DNA of 64,000 nucleotides, taken from contig UQHZ01000005.1 in NCBI GenBank assembly GCA_900541055.1, positions 50,504 to 114,503 of the forward strand, in the 5' to 3' direction. A program made the translations under genes and the position numbers. Positions 25,518 through 34,924 of this stretch are shown here, piece by piece. Each line of letters starts with the position of its first letter. Positions within the stretch are counted from its first letter, which is position 1. The notes under the pieces were generated by a model, which worked only from the letters and a program-made list of their open reading frames with translations, did not search any database and was not told the DNA's origin. This DNA comes from an uncultured Collinsella sp. Lineage in GTDB: Bacteria > Actinomycetota > Coriobacteriia > Coriobacteriales > Coriobacteriaceae.

Positions 25518-27695
25518 CTAGGGGAGGAGCTTCATGGCGGCGTCGTGGGCGGCGTGCTCGTAGGTGTCGTCGAGGGGCTTGAGCGGCAGCAGGGCTGTGG
25601 CCTGCGCATCGTCGCGCCGCTCGAGGGCGTGCGCGATCAGCCAGTCGGCGAGCTCGGGGTTCTTGGGCAGTGCCGGTCCGTGTAGGTACGTGCCGATGAC
25701 GCCCTTGTAGATCAGGCCCTCAAAGCCATCGTCGCCGTTGTTGCCGGTGCCCGTGACGACGGACGTTCCGAGCGGCGTGGCCTCGGCGTCCAAAAGCGTG
25801 CGACCTCCATGGTTCTCGAATCCCACAAAGGGCTCAGGTGCCAGATCGGTTTTGACGGCTACGTTGCCGATCAGGCGATCGGAGCCACGTACGGTTTCGG
25901 CGGCAATGACGCCCAGGCCCTCGATGCGATCGTCGCCCATGTAGTACGAACGGCCGAGCAGCTGATAGCTGCCACAGATGGCGAGCAACGAGCCGCTGTC
26001 CTCAACATAGGATGCGACCTTGTCTTTTTGGGCGAGCAGCTCGTGTGCCACGGCTAGCTGGTCGCGGTCGGAGCCGCCACCCATCATGACGATATCGGCA
26101 TCGGTGAGATCGAGTGACTCGCCCATGCGGACCTCGTCCACGCGAACGGGGATGCCGCGCCAGGCGCAGCGACGCTCGAGGGCGATAACGTTGCCGCCGT
26201 CGCCGTAGAGGTTGAGGGCATCGGGGTACAGGTAGACGATGCGCAGCGGGCGCGAAAGCTCGACTGGCGCGATGCCGACGGGGACGGCACTGCCATCGGC
26301 ACACGTTGCAGCGCGGGCAGCAACCGTGGCTGCATCGGCACCCTTCAGCCCATCGAGTTCTTTGACCAGCGGCGGGAAGGCCGTGTAGTTGGCGACGGCA
26401 TAGAAAGTGTCGCCTGCGGCTTCATCCGCAACGGCGCCAATTGCCTGCGCGACGTCCGAGATAATCGCGGCATCGATGCCGGCGTACTTGAGGCGTACCT
26501 GCATGTCGTGCGCACGCGTGCCTCCGGCAAAGGCGACAAGACCCGGTGTGTCGGCGATACGCTCGAAGTCGACGTCGTAGATCCACGAGACATCGTGGCC
26601 GTCGGCGTCGTTGTCGTTCAGGAAGAAGGCGCAGAGCCTGCCGCCTGCCGTTTTAATGGACTGGATCTGGCGATCGAAGCCCACGGGATTTTTGGCCAGG
26701 TTTGCCTCGACGGTACGGCCGGCGATCTCCCAGCGGCCCATACGTCCGCCGGCGGGGACGTAGGCATCGAGCGTAGGCTGTAGAAACGCCGTGTCCACGC
26801 CCAACTCGCGTGCGGCAAAGAAGGCGGCGGCAACGTTATAGACCATGTACAGACCGTTGTAGCGTGTGGCGATGTGTACGGCAGCCGCGTCGGGCGCAGA
26901 TCCAAAGACCAGGTCGAAGCCGTAGCCGTCGCAGCCGAGCTTCACGCCCGTCACACGGCGGACCAGTGCGGGGCGTGCCCAACCGCACGAGGGGCAATGG
27001 TATGCGCCAAGCTGGCCGTATTGCACGTAGTCGTACTCCAACGGGGCGTTGCACTGCGAGCAAAAGCGCGAGTCGCTAATGCGGTCGGACTCGGTGTCGG
27101 TGGCGCCGTCGATGCCAAAGGCAATACTCGCATTGGGAACGCGCGCGGCAATCGAGGCGCACAGCGGGTCGTCGGCGTTGTAGATGAGCGTCGTTGCCGG
27201 CGAAAGCTCCAACGCGTGGGCGATGACCTCCTGGGTGTGATCGATCTCGCCATAGCGATCTAGCTGGTCGCGGAACAGGTTGAGCAGCACAAAGTACGTC
27301 GGCTTGAGCTTGGGCAGAACGCGTACGGTGTAAAGCTCATCGCACTCAAAAACGCCCACGCGCTTGCCGCTGCTGGTGTGTTTAAGGCCGCCGCGGGCCT
27401 CGAGCAGAGCACCTACCACACCAGGCTCCATATTGTTGCCGGCACGGTTGCACACCACGGCAGCACCGCTGGCAGCAACGGCGTCGGCGATGAGGTTGGA
27501 AGTGGTGGTCTTGCCATTAGTACCCGTAATCACCACGCTGCGGTCGACAAGGCCAGCGAGGTCGCTCAGCAACTCGGGGTCGATCTTCATGGCGATGCGG
27601 CCGGGGAGTACGCCGCCCTGGCGCTTAAGGACGGAGCGCAGCCCCCAGCGAGCGATATCGCTCGAGGTGCAGGCAAGAGATGAGCGGAGGTTCAT
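25518..27695 (-). CDS. murT-gatD: fused lipid II isoglutaminyl synthase: MurT (Mur-ligase-like) N-terminal part and GatD (glutaminase) C-terminal part
   Basis: N-terminal part: ITGTNGKTTTSNLI P-loop and the MurT-specific Cys4 ribbon CSQCNAPLEYDY..YHCPSCGW. C-terminal part from about aa 480: LNLYGDGGN, GGGSDRDQ, ICGSYQLLG, GFENHGGRT and YLHGP match GatD. Confidence 0.85.
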   Translation of the reverse strand: MNLRSSLACTSSDIARWGLRSVLKRQGGVLPGRIAMKIDPELLSDLAGLVDRSVVITGTNGKTTTSNLIADAVAASGAAVVCNRAGNNMEPGVVGALLEARGGLKHTSSGKRVGVFECDELYTVRVLPKLKPTYFVLLNLFRDQLDRYGEIDHTQEVIAHALELSPATTLIYNADDPLCASIAARVPNASIAFGIDGATDTESDRISDSRFCSQCNAPLEYDYVQYGQLGAYHCPSCGWARPALVRRVTGVKLGCDGYGFDLVFGSAPDAAAVHIATRYNGLYMVYNVAAAFFAARELGVDTAFLQPTLDAYVPAGGRMGRWEIAGRTVEANLAKNPVGFDRQIQSIKTAGGRLCAFFLNDNDADGHDVSWIYDVDFERIADTPGLVAFAGGTRAHDMQVRLKYAGIDAAIISDVAQAIGAVADEAAGDTFYAVANYTAFPPLVKELDGLKGADAATVAARAATCADGSAVPVGIAPVELSRPLRIVYLYPDALNLYGDGGNVIALERRCAWRGIPVRVDEVRMGESLDLTDADIVMMGGGSDRDQLAVAHELLAQKDKVASYVEDSGSLLAICGSYQLLGRSYYMGDDRIEGLGVIAAETVRGSDRLIGNVAVKTDLAPEPFVGFENHGGRTLLDAEATPLGTSVVTGTGNNGDDGFEGLIYKGVIGTYLHGPALPKNPELADWLIAHALERRDDAQATALLPLKPLDDTYEHAAHDAAMKLLP

Positions 27696-27740
27696 GAAAC
27701 CGTTCCTAACGTAAACGACATGGTCGGGTCGAGTGCGTCA

Positions 27741-28784
27741 CTAAAATCCGTAGCGGCGCGCAAATTCCTGGGCAAGCTGCGATACATCTTCGCAGGCGTT
27801 GGCCCAGGGGGCAAAGTCGGGAGTGTCCGAGATAATACCGTCCGCTTCCCAAACGGCCTGGTGCGAAAGATCCCAGGGATCGTGTGGCTCGGGCCGGCAG
27901 GGAAGGTACGGTGTCTGGTACATGGGGTTCAGTAAGAAGAACGCGCCACCCTCGCAGCGGTTGGCGAACTCACGCAGCGCGCGTGTCGCCGGGCGCATCT
28001 TGTTTGTTTTGAACAGCAGAATCGTGCGGGCGAGCAGATACCAAGGAGAGTTCTCGAGGGCATCGGCCCCCATCTGCTCCTCGAGCTGGTGGGCCAGGGC
28101 AAAAAAGCCGTCCTCGTCTTCCAAGCGAGCGAGGGCGAGTAACACGGTGCCTGCCGCTCGGGTGGGATAGCCTTCCGCCTTAAGAACACGGCGAGAATAG
28201 TTGACGGCAGCACGGTAGCGGGCGCTCGCCATGCACAGCTGCGAGATGGCCTCGAGTGTGTGAAGCCACCCGATAAGCGCCGGCTCGCTCACGGTGAGCT
28301 CTGCCGCCGTCACGCCGTCCGTCAAAACTTTGTTGGCCCAGTAGTGCGGGGCCTCCATATCGAACCCGGGCACGCTTTGCTGCAGGTAATCGGCCGTGGT
28401 TGCCTCGAGCTTCATCAGGTCGCCCAGGCAGGCGTCAACGGGTGTGTCGGCCAGGATGATGGCGAGCAGCTGCGCGTCGACGGTCAGTGCGTCGACGCGG
28501 ACAATCTTGAGCAGCTCATCGCGCATGTCGTCGAACAGGCGATTGCGCGTCTGCTCAAACTCCTCGTCGCTGCCCATATCTTCGATGCGATGGAGCTCGT
28601 CGAGCAGGTGGCGATGAACACCGGCATAGGACAGCAGCGCCTGGGCATGCTCGGACTGCGCGTACTTTTGGGGATTCGCACTAATGTCGTTATGGACAAG
28701 CTCGCGTGCTGCATCGGTGAGCTCGGGGTGCGACGCCAGATAGGTGCGCTCCAGGTAGGCGGGGATGTAGACGCTCGGATCCAT
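27741..28784 (-). CDS. hypothetical protein (helical, TPR-like), distant paralog of the upstream gene
   Basis: 347 aa. Its start codon overlaps the stop of the upstream ORF by 1 nt. It lies 45 bp upstream of murT-gatD on the same strand. No family recognised. Confidence 0.6.
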   Translation of the reverse strand: MDPSVYIPAYLERTYLASHPELTDAARELVHNDISANPQKYAQSEHAQALLSYAGVHRHLLDELHRIEDMGSDEEFEQTRNRLFDDMRDELLKIVRVDALTVDAQLLAIILADTPVDACLGDLMKLEATTADYLQQSVPGFDMEAPHYWANKVLTDGVTAAELTVSEPALIGWLHTLEAISQLCMASARYRAAVNYSRRVLKAEGYPTRAAGTVLLALARLEDEDGFFALAHQLEEQMGADALENSPWYLLARTILLFKTNKMRPATRALREFANRCEGGAFFLLNPMYQTPYLPCRPEPHDPWDLSHQAVWEADGIISDTPDFAPWANACEDVSQLAQEFARRYGF

Positions 28785-29860
28785 TAGAGGTCTCCTCCCT
28801 TAAATGGAAGCCCCTGCTCGGCTGCGCGCAGGATGCGCTCGTCGATTTGGGAGCGCACGATGTCGTTGGTGGCGACCCAGGCGGCAAAGCTGGCGTTGTC
28901 GGGGGCGCCCAGGCCCTCCTGCAGTACCGGCGTCGCCTCGGACAGCGCAAGGACAAGCTCGTCGGTGGAGCCCACACCCACGTTGACGCGGGCATAGACG
29001 CCATCGGGAAACTCGGTTTGGAAGTAGAGTGCCTCGGCTGCGTGCGGACACGAGCGCACAAGGATACGCAGGTAGTGCTCGGCGCCCTCGTAGTCCAGTT
29101 CGCGCCAAGCCGTGCTCATCAGCGCGATGAGCGTCCACGGGTCCAAGTCGCGCTCCGCATCTTTGGGGCGGCGGCGCAGTGGGGTATTCGCGAGGTACGG
29201 CACGGAGTGTGCGGAGCGAAAGCGCTTGAGCTCCTCGGCGGGGTATTCGAGCTTTGCCATGGCGAGCATCGCGGTGTGGCGGACACCGGCGGGGTCGTTG
29301 GGCGCAAAGTCCAAGCTGCGATTCGCGGCTTCGAGCGACATGCGATAGCGGCCGCTAATGAGGGCGCGCGATGCCAAGGCGGCAAGCCAGCGCAGATAGG
29401 GGCGGCGCGTAAGGTCGCCTGCGGCCTCGCGCTCGTAGGGGTCCTGGGCCGAGGCGATTTTGAGCGCTAGGTCGTGCTCGACCTCATCGCACTTGGATAC
29501 CAGGTACTGTACGTATTCCTCGTTGGATTCGGCGGTGAGTGCCGTCAGCATGCGCTGAGCGTCCCAGTTGGCCGGATCGAGTGCGGCCGCCTCGCGGAGC
29601 ATGTTCTCGGCAGCTGTCTCTTCTTGCTCTGCCTGGGTATCGTCAGGGATAAAGGGAATGCGGTAGTCGACAGCCTCGACCACCTTGGCAATGAGGTGCC
29701 CGGCGCGGTCGCGGTCGTGCACGATGAGCGGTGCGGGGTTGCGGGTGAATTGTTCCATCAGACGCTCTACGGCGGCAGCGTCGGTGAGCGGGATATTGTC
29801 GCGGCGCAAGGCCTCAAGAACGAGGCGATGGCAATCCTCTTGAATGGGATCGAATGCCAT
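28784..29860 (-). CDS. hypothetical protein (helical, TPR-like), distant paralog of the downstream gene
   Basis: Start set at the ATG at 29860, preceded by AAAGGAGG. It shares blocks with the 27741-28784 product (for example ...RYR...L...P..AG...LA.A.LE... and DPW.L.A...). Confidence 0.6.
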   Translation of the reverse strand: MAFDPIQEDCHRLVLEALRRDNIPLTDAAAVERLMEQFTRNPAPLIVHDRDRAGHLIAKVVEAVDYRIPFIPDDTQAEQEETAAENMLREAAALDPANWDAQRMLTALTAESNEEYVQYLVSKCDEVEHDLALKIASAQDPYEREAAGDLTRRPYLRWLAALASRALISGRYRMSLEAANRSLDFAPNDPAGVRHTAMLAMAKLEYPAEELKRFRSAHSVPYLANTPLRRRPKDAERDLDPWTLIALMSTAWRELDYEGAEHYLRILVRSCPHAAEALYFQTEFPDGVYARVNVGVGSTDELVLALSEATPVLQEGLGAPDNASFAAWVATNDIVRSQIDERILRAAEQGLPFKGGDL

Positions 29861-30360
29861 GGGGCCTCCTTTGCTGCGGTTAGGGTTCAAATGTTTCTAT
29901 ATAAGGTTCTAGTTTACCCGCATGTGGCACACCGGGGGTGCCGCACTTGGACTTGCACCTTTGCACCACGAAGACGGATGTCGCACAAATGTCGGCACCT
30001 TGGACGACCGAGTGGTATCACGGTGCCGCAAACGGTCGATTTTTGCCGGCGAACGGTGCATATTTTGGAGGGGCACCGTCCTGCCCAGGATATGTAGTCA
30101 ACCTTGATAAAACGTTTGCCCAGCTTGGGAGTATGAATGCCGCACAAGGGTCTTCAGGGATAGAAAAAACGTTTCATCATTGGCGGCTTTAGGTGAATAA
30201 CTGACCAACCAGAACGGTAAAATAGTGTTTGTCTGAGCGTTGAGACGTTTAGACATCGCGCATTGTCATCGCCGGCAACGCGCAAACCGGTCCTAACGGA
30301 GCCAATTGGGTGCTCCGTTATATACGCAAGTCTAAGAGGGGCTTGTTTAGGAGGCACAGT

Positions 30361-31584
30361 ATGGGACGTTTTACCAATCCTCGCGATCTGTACTTTGGTG
30401 AGGGCGCTCGCCACGAGGTGAAGAACCTCAAGGGCAAGAAGGCCATCATCGTTTCTGGCGGCAGCTCTATGCGCCGCGGCGGGTTCCTGCAGGACGTCGA
30501 GGCCGACCTCAAAGAGGGCGGCTTCGAGGTCAAGCTGTTCGAGGGCGTCGAGTCCGATCCGTCCATCGAGACGGTCATGAAGGGCGCCGAGGCCATGCGC
30601 GAGTTCGAGCCCGACTGGATTATCGCCATCGGCGGCGGCTCGCCCATCGATGCCGCTAAGGCCATGTGGGTCTTCTACGAGTATCCCGAGGAGTCCTTCG
30701 ATAACATCATCCAGCCGTTCAGCTTCCCCGAGCTGCGTCAGAAGGCTCACTTCTGCGCCATCTCCTCTACCTCCGGTACCGCTACCGAGGTCACTGCCTT
30801 CTCCGTCATCACCGACTACGCCAAGGGCATCAAGTACCCGCTGGCCGACTTCAACATCACCCCTGATGTCGCCATCGTCGACCCCGAGCTCACCTACACC
30901 ATGCCCGCCAAGCTGTGCGCTCACACCGGCATGGACGCTCTGACCCACTGCATGGAGGCCTACGTTTCCACCTGCGCCTCTATGTTCACCGATGCCAACG
31001 CTCTGCACGGCATCCGCGAGATCGTCGAGTGGCTGCCCAAGTCCTATGCTGGCGACCATGAGGCCCGTCAGCACATGCACGAGGCTCAGTGCATCGCCGG
31101 TATCGCCTTCTCCTCGGGCCTGCTCGGCATCGTTCACTCCATGGCTCACAAGACCGGTGCTGCCTTCGAGAACGGCCACATCATCCACGGTGCTGCTAAC
31201 GCCATGTACCTGGGCAAGGTCATCCAGTGGAACTCCAAGGATCCCCGTGCTGCCGAGCGTTACGCTTACGTGGCCAAGGAGATCCTGCACCTTCCCGGCG
31301 AGACCAACGAGGAGCTCATCGCTGCACTCGTCCAGAAGATTCGCGACCTCAACGACCAGCTCGACATTCCGCAGTCCATCAAGGATTACGCGAATGGTGG
31401 CGTGAAGGTCGACGCCGAGAACCCGCAGATGGTTTCCGAGGAGGAGTTCCTCGCCAAGCTGCCCGAGATCGCCGCGAACGCCGAGCAGGACGCTTGCACG
31501 CCCGAGAACCCGCGTGAGACCAAGGCTGCCGACTTCGAGAAGATCCTCAAGGCCTGCTACTACGACACCGACATCGATTTCTAA
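30361..31584 (+). CDS. iron-containing (group III) alcohol dehydrogenase
   Basis: GGGSPIDAAKAMW and HSMAHKTGAAF..HG metal-site motifs. RBS TAGGAGG upstream of the ATG at 30361. Confidence 0.85.
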   Translation: MGRFTNPRDLYFGEGARHEVKNLKGKKAIIVSGGSSMRRGGFLQDVEADLKEGGFEVKLFEGVESDPSIETVMKGAEAMREFEPDWIIAIGGGSPIDAAKAMWVFYEYPEESFDNIIQPFSFPELRQKAHFCAISSTSGTATEVTAFSVITDYAKGIKYPLADFNITPDVAIVDPELTYTMPAKLCAHTGMDALTHCMEAYVSTCASMFTDANALHGIREIVEWLPKSYAGDHEARQHMHEAQCIAGIAFSSGLLGIVHSMAHKTGAAFENGHIIHGAANAMYLGKVIQWNSKDPRAAERYAYVAKEILHLPGETNEELIAALVQKIRDLNDQLDIPQSIKDYANGGVKVDAENPQMVSEEEFLAKLPEIAANAEQDACTPENPRETKAADFEKILKACYYDTDIDF

Positions 31585-31605
31585 TCGACTCTTGTTATCG
31601 TAACG

Positions 31606-31648
31606 AGGGGCTCCGCACGTATCTGTACGGAGCCCCTTTCTTTTTTCT
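31606..31648 (+). terminator. rho-independent terminator
   Basis: AGGGGCTCCG..CGGAGCCCCT hairpin followed by TTCTTTTTTCTTTT. Confidence 0.85.
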
Positions 31649-31667
31649 TTTAGAGAATGGGATAGTT

Positions 31668-32768
31668 ATGGCTGCAATTTTCAATAGCCCCAGCAAGTAC
31701 ATCCAGGGTCCGGACGAGCTCGCCAAGCTCGGCTCTTACGTTGAGCCGCTCGGCGCTAAGGCCCTCGTCATCGTGACGCCTTCGGGCAAGAAGCGCGTCG
31801 GTGCCAAGATCGAGGGCGGTTTTACCGAGGCTAAGGCCGAGCTGCTGTTTGAGGACTTTAACGGCGAGTGCTCCAAGGGCGAGGTCGATCGCCTGGTTGC
31901 GCTCGCTCGCGACAACGGTTGCGACATCATCGTCGGCGTCGGTGGCGGCAAGATCCTCGACACCGCGAAGGCCGTCGCCTATTACCTGGAGTCCCCGGTT
32001 ATCATTTGCCCCACCATTGCTTCGACCGATGCCCCGTGTTCGGCGCTTTCGGTGCTCTATACCGATGACGGCCAGTTCGACAAATACCTCTTCCTTAAGG
32101 CAAACCCCAATATCGTCCTTATGGATACGACGGTTATCGCGGCGAGCCCGGTGCGCCTGACGGTTTCCGGTATGGGCGATGCGCTCGCAACCTATTTCGA
32201 GGCTCAGGCGACGCACGATGCCGACGGCGGCACCTGCGCCGGCGGCAAGGGCGGCATGGCCGGCCTGGCGCTCGCCAAGCTCTGCTACGAGACGCTTATG
32301 GCCGATGGCGTCAAGGCCAAGGTTGCGCTGGAGAAGGGCGCGCTCACGCCTGCCGTCGAGCACATCATCGAGGCCAATACGCTGCTTTCGGGCATTGGCT
32401 TTGAGAGCTCGGGCCTTGCTGCCGCTCATGCCATCCACAATGGCCTGACGATGCTGCCCGAGTGCCACAGCATGTATCACGGCGAGAAGGTCGCCTTCGG
32501 CACCATCGTCCAGCTGGTACTCGAGGATGCCCCGACCGAGAAGCTCGAGGAAGTCTTGGGCTTCTGCATTGAGCTTGGCCTGCCGGTCACGATGAAGGAA
32601 CTTGGCGTTGCCGAGCTTACGCGCGAGCAGGCCATGATTGTTGCCGAGGCCGCCTGCGCACCCGATGACACCATGTGCAACATGCCCTTTGAGGTGACGC
32701 CCGAGATGGTCGCAAACGCCATCCTGGGTGCCGACGCGCTGGGCCACTACTATCTCATGGATGAGTAA
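31668..32768 (+). CDS. gldA: glycerol dehydrogenase
   Basis: YIQGPDEL..., GVGGGKILDTAKAVA, PTIASTDAPCSALSV, GMGDALATYFEA: a close pattern match to GldA. Confidence 0.9.
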   Translation: MAAIFNSPSKYIQGPDELAKLGSYVEPLGAKALVIVTPSGKKRVGAKIEGGFTEAKAELLFEDFNGECSKGEVDRLVALARDNGCDIIVGVGGGKILDTAKAVAYYLESPVIICPTIASTDAPCSALSVLYTDDGQFDKYLFLKANPNIVLMDTTVIAASPVRLTVSGMGDALATYFEAQATHDADGGTCAGGKGGMAGLALAKLCYETLMADGVKAKVALEKGALTPAVEHIIEANTLLSGIGFESSGLAAAHAIHNGLTMLPECHSMYHGEKVAFGTIVQLVLEDAPTEKLEEVLGFCIELGLPVTMKELGVAELTREQAMIVAEAACAPDDTMCNMPFEVTPEMVANAILGADALGHYYLMDE

Positions 32769-32781
32769 ATCAAGCTAAGGA

Positions 32782-32817
32782 AGGGGCAAAGCCAACAGAT
32801 GGCTTTGCCCCTTTTTG
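32782..32817 (+). terminator. rho-independent terminator after gldA
   Basis: AGGGGCAAAGCC..GGCTTTGCCCCT hairpin followed by TTTTG. Confidence 0.85.
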
Positions 32818-32881
32818 CTATGGTGCAAAGGGGCAAGGTTACTTTGCACCAATCGTTGTTTGATGAAGGGCGGATTCTCGT

Positions 32882-33388
32882 ATGGCGCTTCCCATGGTTT
32901 ATGGCGGTCCCGGCCGGTATGTTCAGGGGCCGGGCGAACTGTCGCGTCAAGGCAAGTATTTGTCATGGTTGGGCTGCGCTGCCTATGTCTTGTTTGACCA
33001 GGGCACCGAGGATCGGCTGTGCAGGCAGATCGTCGATGGATTTCTGGACGAAGATCTAAGCGAGCCGTTCTTTAAGATTTATGACGGTCCGTGTACGGAA
33101 GAGGCCGTTGTCGAAATGGCTAAGGAAGCCCAGGCCGAGTATTGCGACATGGTAGTGGGTATTGGCGGCGGCAAAATGCTCGATATCGCCAAGGCCGTTG
33201 CGTTTTATGCCGAGTTGCCGTTGTGCGTATGCCCCACGGCGGCATCGATGGACGGTCCGTGCAGCGTGATTTCCGATGGCGACCTGCAGGGTGTTGCAAA
33301 TGCGGTCTTTAGAAACGAGCGCAATATGGCTAACGAACAGGCCAAGGTGACCAAACAAAAGCTCGTGCAGCTTATGTGCGAGGCATAG
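32882..33388 (+). pseudogene. truncated glycerol-dehydrogenase paralog (N-terminal roughly 135 aa only)
   Basis: RYVQGPGEL, GIGGGKMLDIAKAVA and PTAASMDGPCSVIS align with the GldA N-terminal half. After that the ORF diverges and stops at 168 aa, against about 365 aa for GldA. Confidence 0.6.
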
Positions 33389-33539
33389 CTTGGCACTTGA
33401 TTGACCTTGTGCAATCGAGGCGGCGATAGGCCATAGGCTATTTGCCCCAAAGGTGCACCGCGTGTAATTTGCCCAAGGTGTGGGCCGATAGCGTATCATT
33501 ATCTCTTGCTTGTTTGCACTGCTCAGGGAGGGGCCGCGC

Positions 33540-34793
33540 ATGGCGCAGGAACACGATCTGTTTGATGACATTATCGAGATCAGCAAGGGTTTCGACTTTC
33601 TTAAAAACCCGCTTGGCGGTGTGACCGATGCACTCGATCCGTCGGCGCCGCAGTGGAATCCTGCCGACTACAAGGAGCGTCCGCGCGGCAACACCATTCC
33701 GTGCCTGACCTGCAAAAACGAAAAGAGCGGCTGCACCGCGTGCATGGACGTGTGCCCGGTCAACGCTATCGAGGTCGAGGAAGACGCCATCGAGATCCTC
33801 GACTCCTGTCGCAAGTGCGGCCTGTGCGCCGCTGCCTGTCCGACCGAGGCGATTATCTCGCCGCGCCTTGCACCCAAAAACGTCTACGACGACATTGTCT
33901 CGGCGGCTACGAGCCACGAGACCGCCTACGTCACCTGCACGCGCGCCCTCAAGCGCATGCCGCGCGAAAACGAGGTCGTCGTTGCCTGCGTGGGCGATAT
34001 TACGGCCGAGACCTGGTTCTCGGTACTGGCAGACTATCCCAACGTGAGTGTGTACCTGCCGTTGGGCGTGTGCGATAAATGCCGCAACACCGGCGGTGAG
34101 GACATTCTGGGCGAGGCGATTGCGAAGGCCGAGGAGTGGTCCGGCACGGGTATGGGCTTGGAGGTCGACCCCAAGAGCCTCAAATGCCATAAGCGCCGCG
34201 AGTACGAGCGCAAAGAGTACATGGAAAAAATTGCCCGCACCACGGGCCTGACGGTGACCAAGCTCAATCCGGCGACGGCGGCGCTGGCTTCGGTGACGCA
34301 AAAGCTCAAGGCCCATCGCCATCAGATTACCCAGCTGGAGCGCACGCTCAACACCATGTGCGGCACCACGACGACCAAGCGTCGCCGTTCGCTCACCCAT
34401 GGGCGGCAGCTGGTGCTCTCGACACTGCAGAACCATCCCGAGCTTGCCCAGAATATGCAGGTGAGCACGCCGGAGTGCGATTTTGACAAGTGCACGTCGT
34501 GCGGCGAGTGCGTCAATGTATGCCCCACGTTCGCCTGCGATTTGGTGGGAAGCGGCCGCTTTGCGTTGGAGTCCACGTATTGTTTAGGCTGCGGCGCCTG
34601 TGTCAAGGTTTGTCCCGAGCATGCGCTCAAGCTTGTTGAGCACGACGCGTCCAATCTGGTCGTCGTCGATCCCGAAGCCGAGGAAAAGGCCGCCCAGAAG
34701 GCGAAGGCTCACGAAGAAGCTGAGAAGGTCAAGGCCGAAGCAAAGGCCAAGCTCGACAAGATGCTCGACCAGGTAGAAAAGCTCGCGGACTAG
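33540..34793 (+). CDS. 4Fe-4S dicluster domain-containing protein with a Lys/Glu-rich C-terminal tail
   Basis: Several CxxCxxCxxxCP ferredoxin motifs: CTACMDVCP, CRKCGLCAAACP, CTSCGECVNVCP and CLGCGACVKVCP. Confidence 0.75.
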   Translation: MAQEHDLFDDIIEISKGFDFLKNPLGGVTDALDPSAPQWNPADYKERPRGNTIPCLTCKNEKSGCTACMDVCPVNAIEVEEDAIEILDSCRKCGLCAAACPTEAIISPRLAPKNVYDDIVSAATSHETAYVTCTRALKRMPRENEVVVACVGDITAETWFSVLADYPNVSVYLPLGVCDKCRNTGGEDILGEAIAKAEEWSGTGMGLEVDPKSLKCHKRREYERKEYMEKIARTTGLTVTKLNPATAALASVTQKLKAHRHQITQLERTLNTMCGTTTTKRRRSLTHGRQLVLSTLQNHPELAQNMQVSTPECDFDKCTSCGECVNVCPTFACDLVGSGRFALESTYCLGCGACVKVCPEHALKLVEHDASNLVVVDPEAEEKAAQKAKAHEEAEKVKAEAKAKLDKMLDQVEKLAD

Positions 34794-34848
34794 CTTAAAG
34801 AGCGTAAATGATGGCCGGTGGGACAGGTGCTGCCCCGCCGGCCAAAAA

Positions 34849-34915
34849 AGTTGCGGTGGAATAGTTCCTGTTTTGCCCTTAAGCTGGCCATTCTAGGAAC
34901 TATTCCACCGCAACT
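34849..34915 (-). terminator. strong terminator of the GntR-family gene (21-bp perfect stem)
   Basis: AGTTGCGGTGGAATAGTTCCT / AGGAACTATTCCACCGCAACT arms. On the minus strand the hairpin is followed by TTTTTTGG. Confidence 0.8.
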
Positions 34916-34924
34916 AATAGATGG

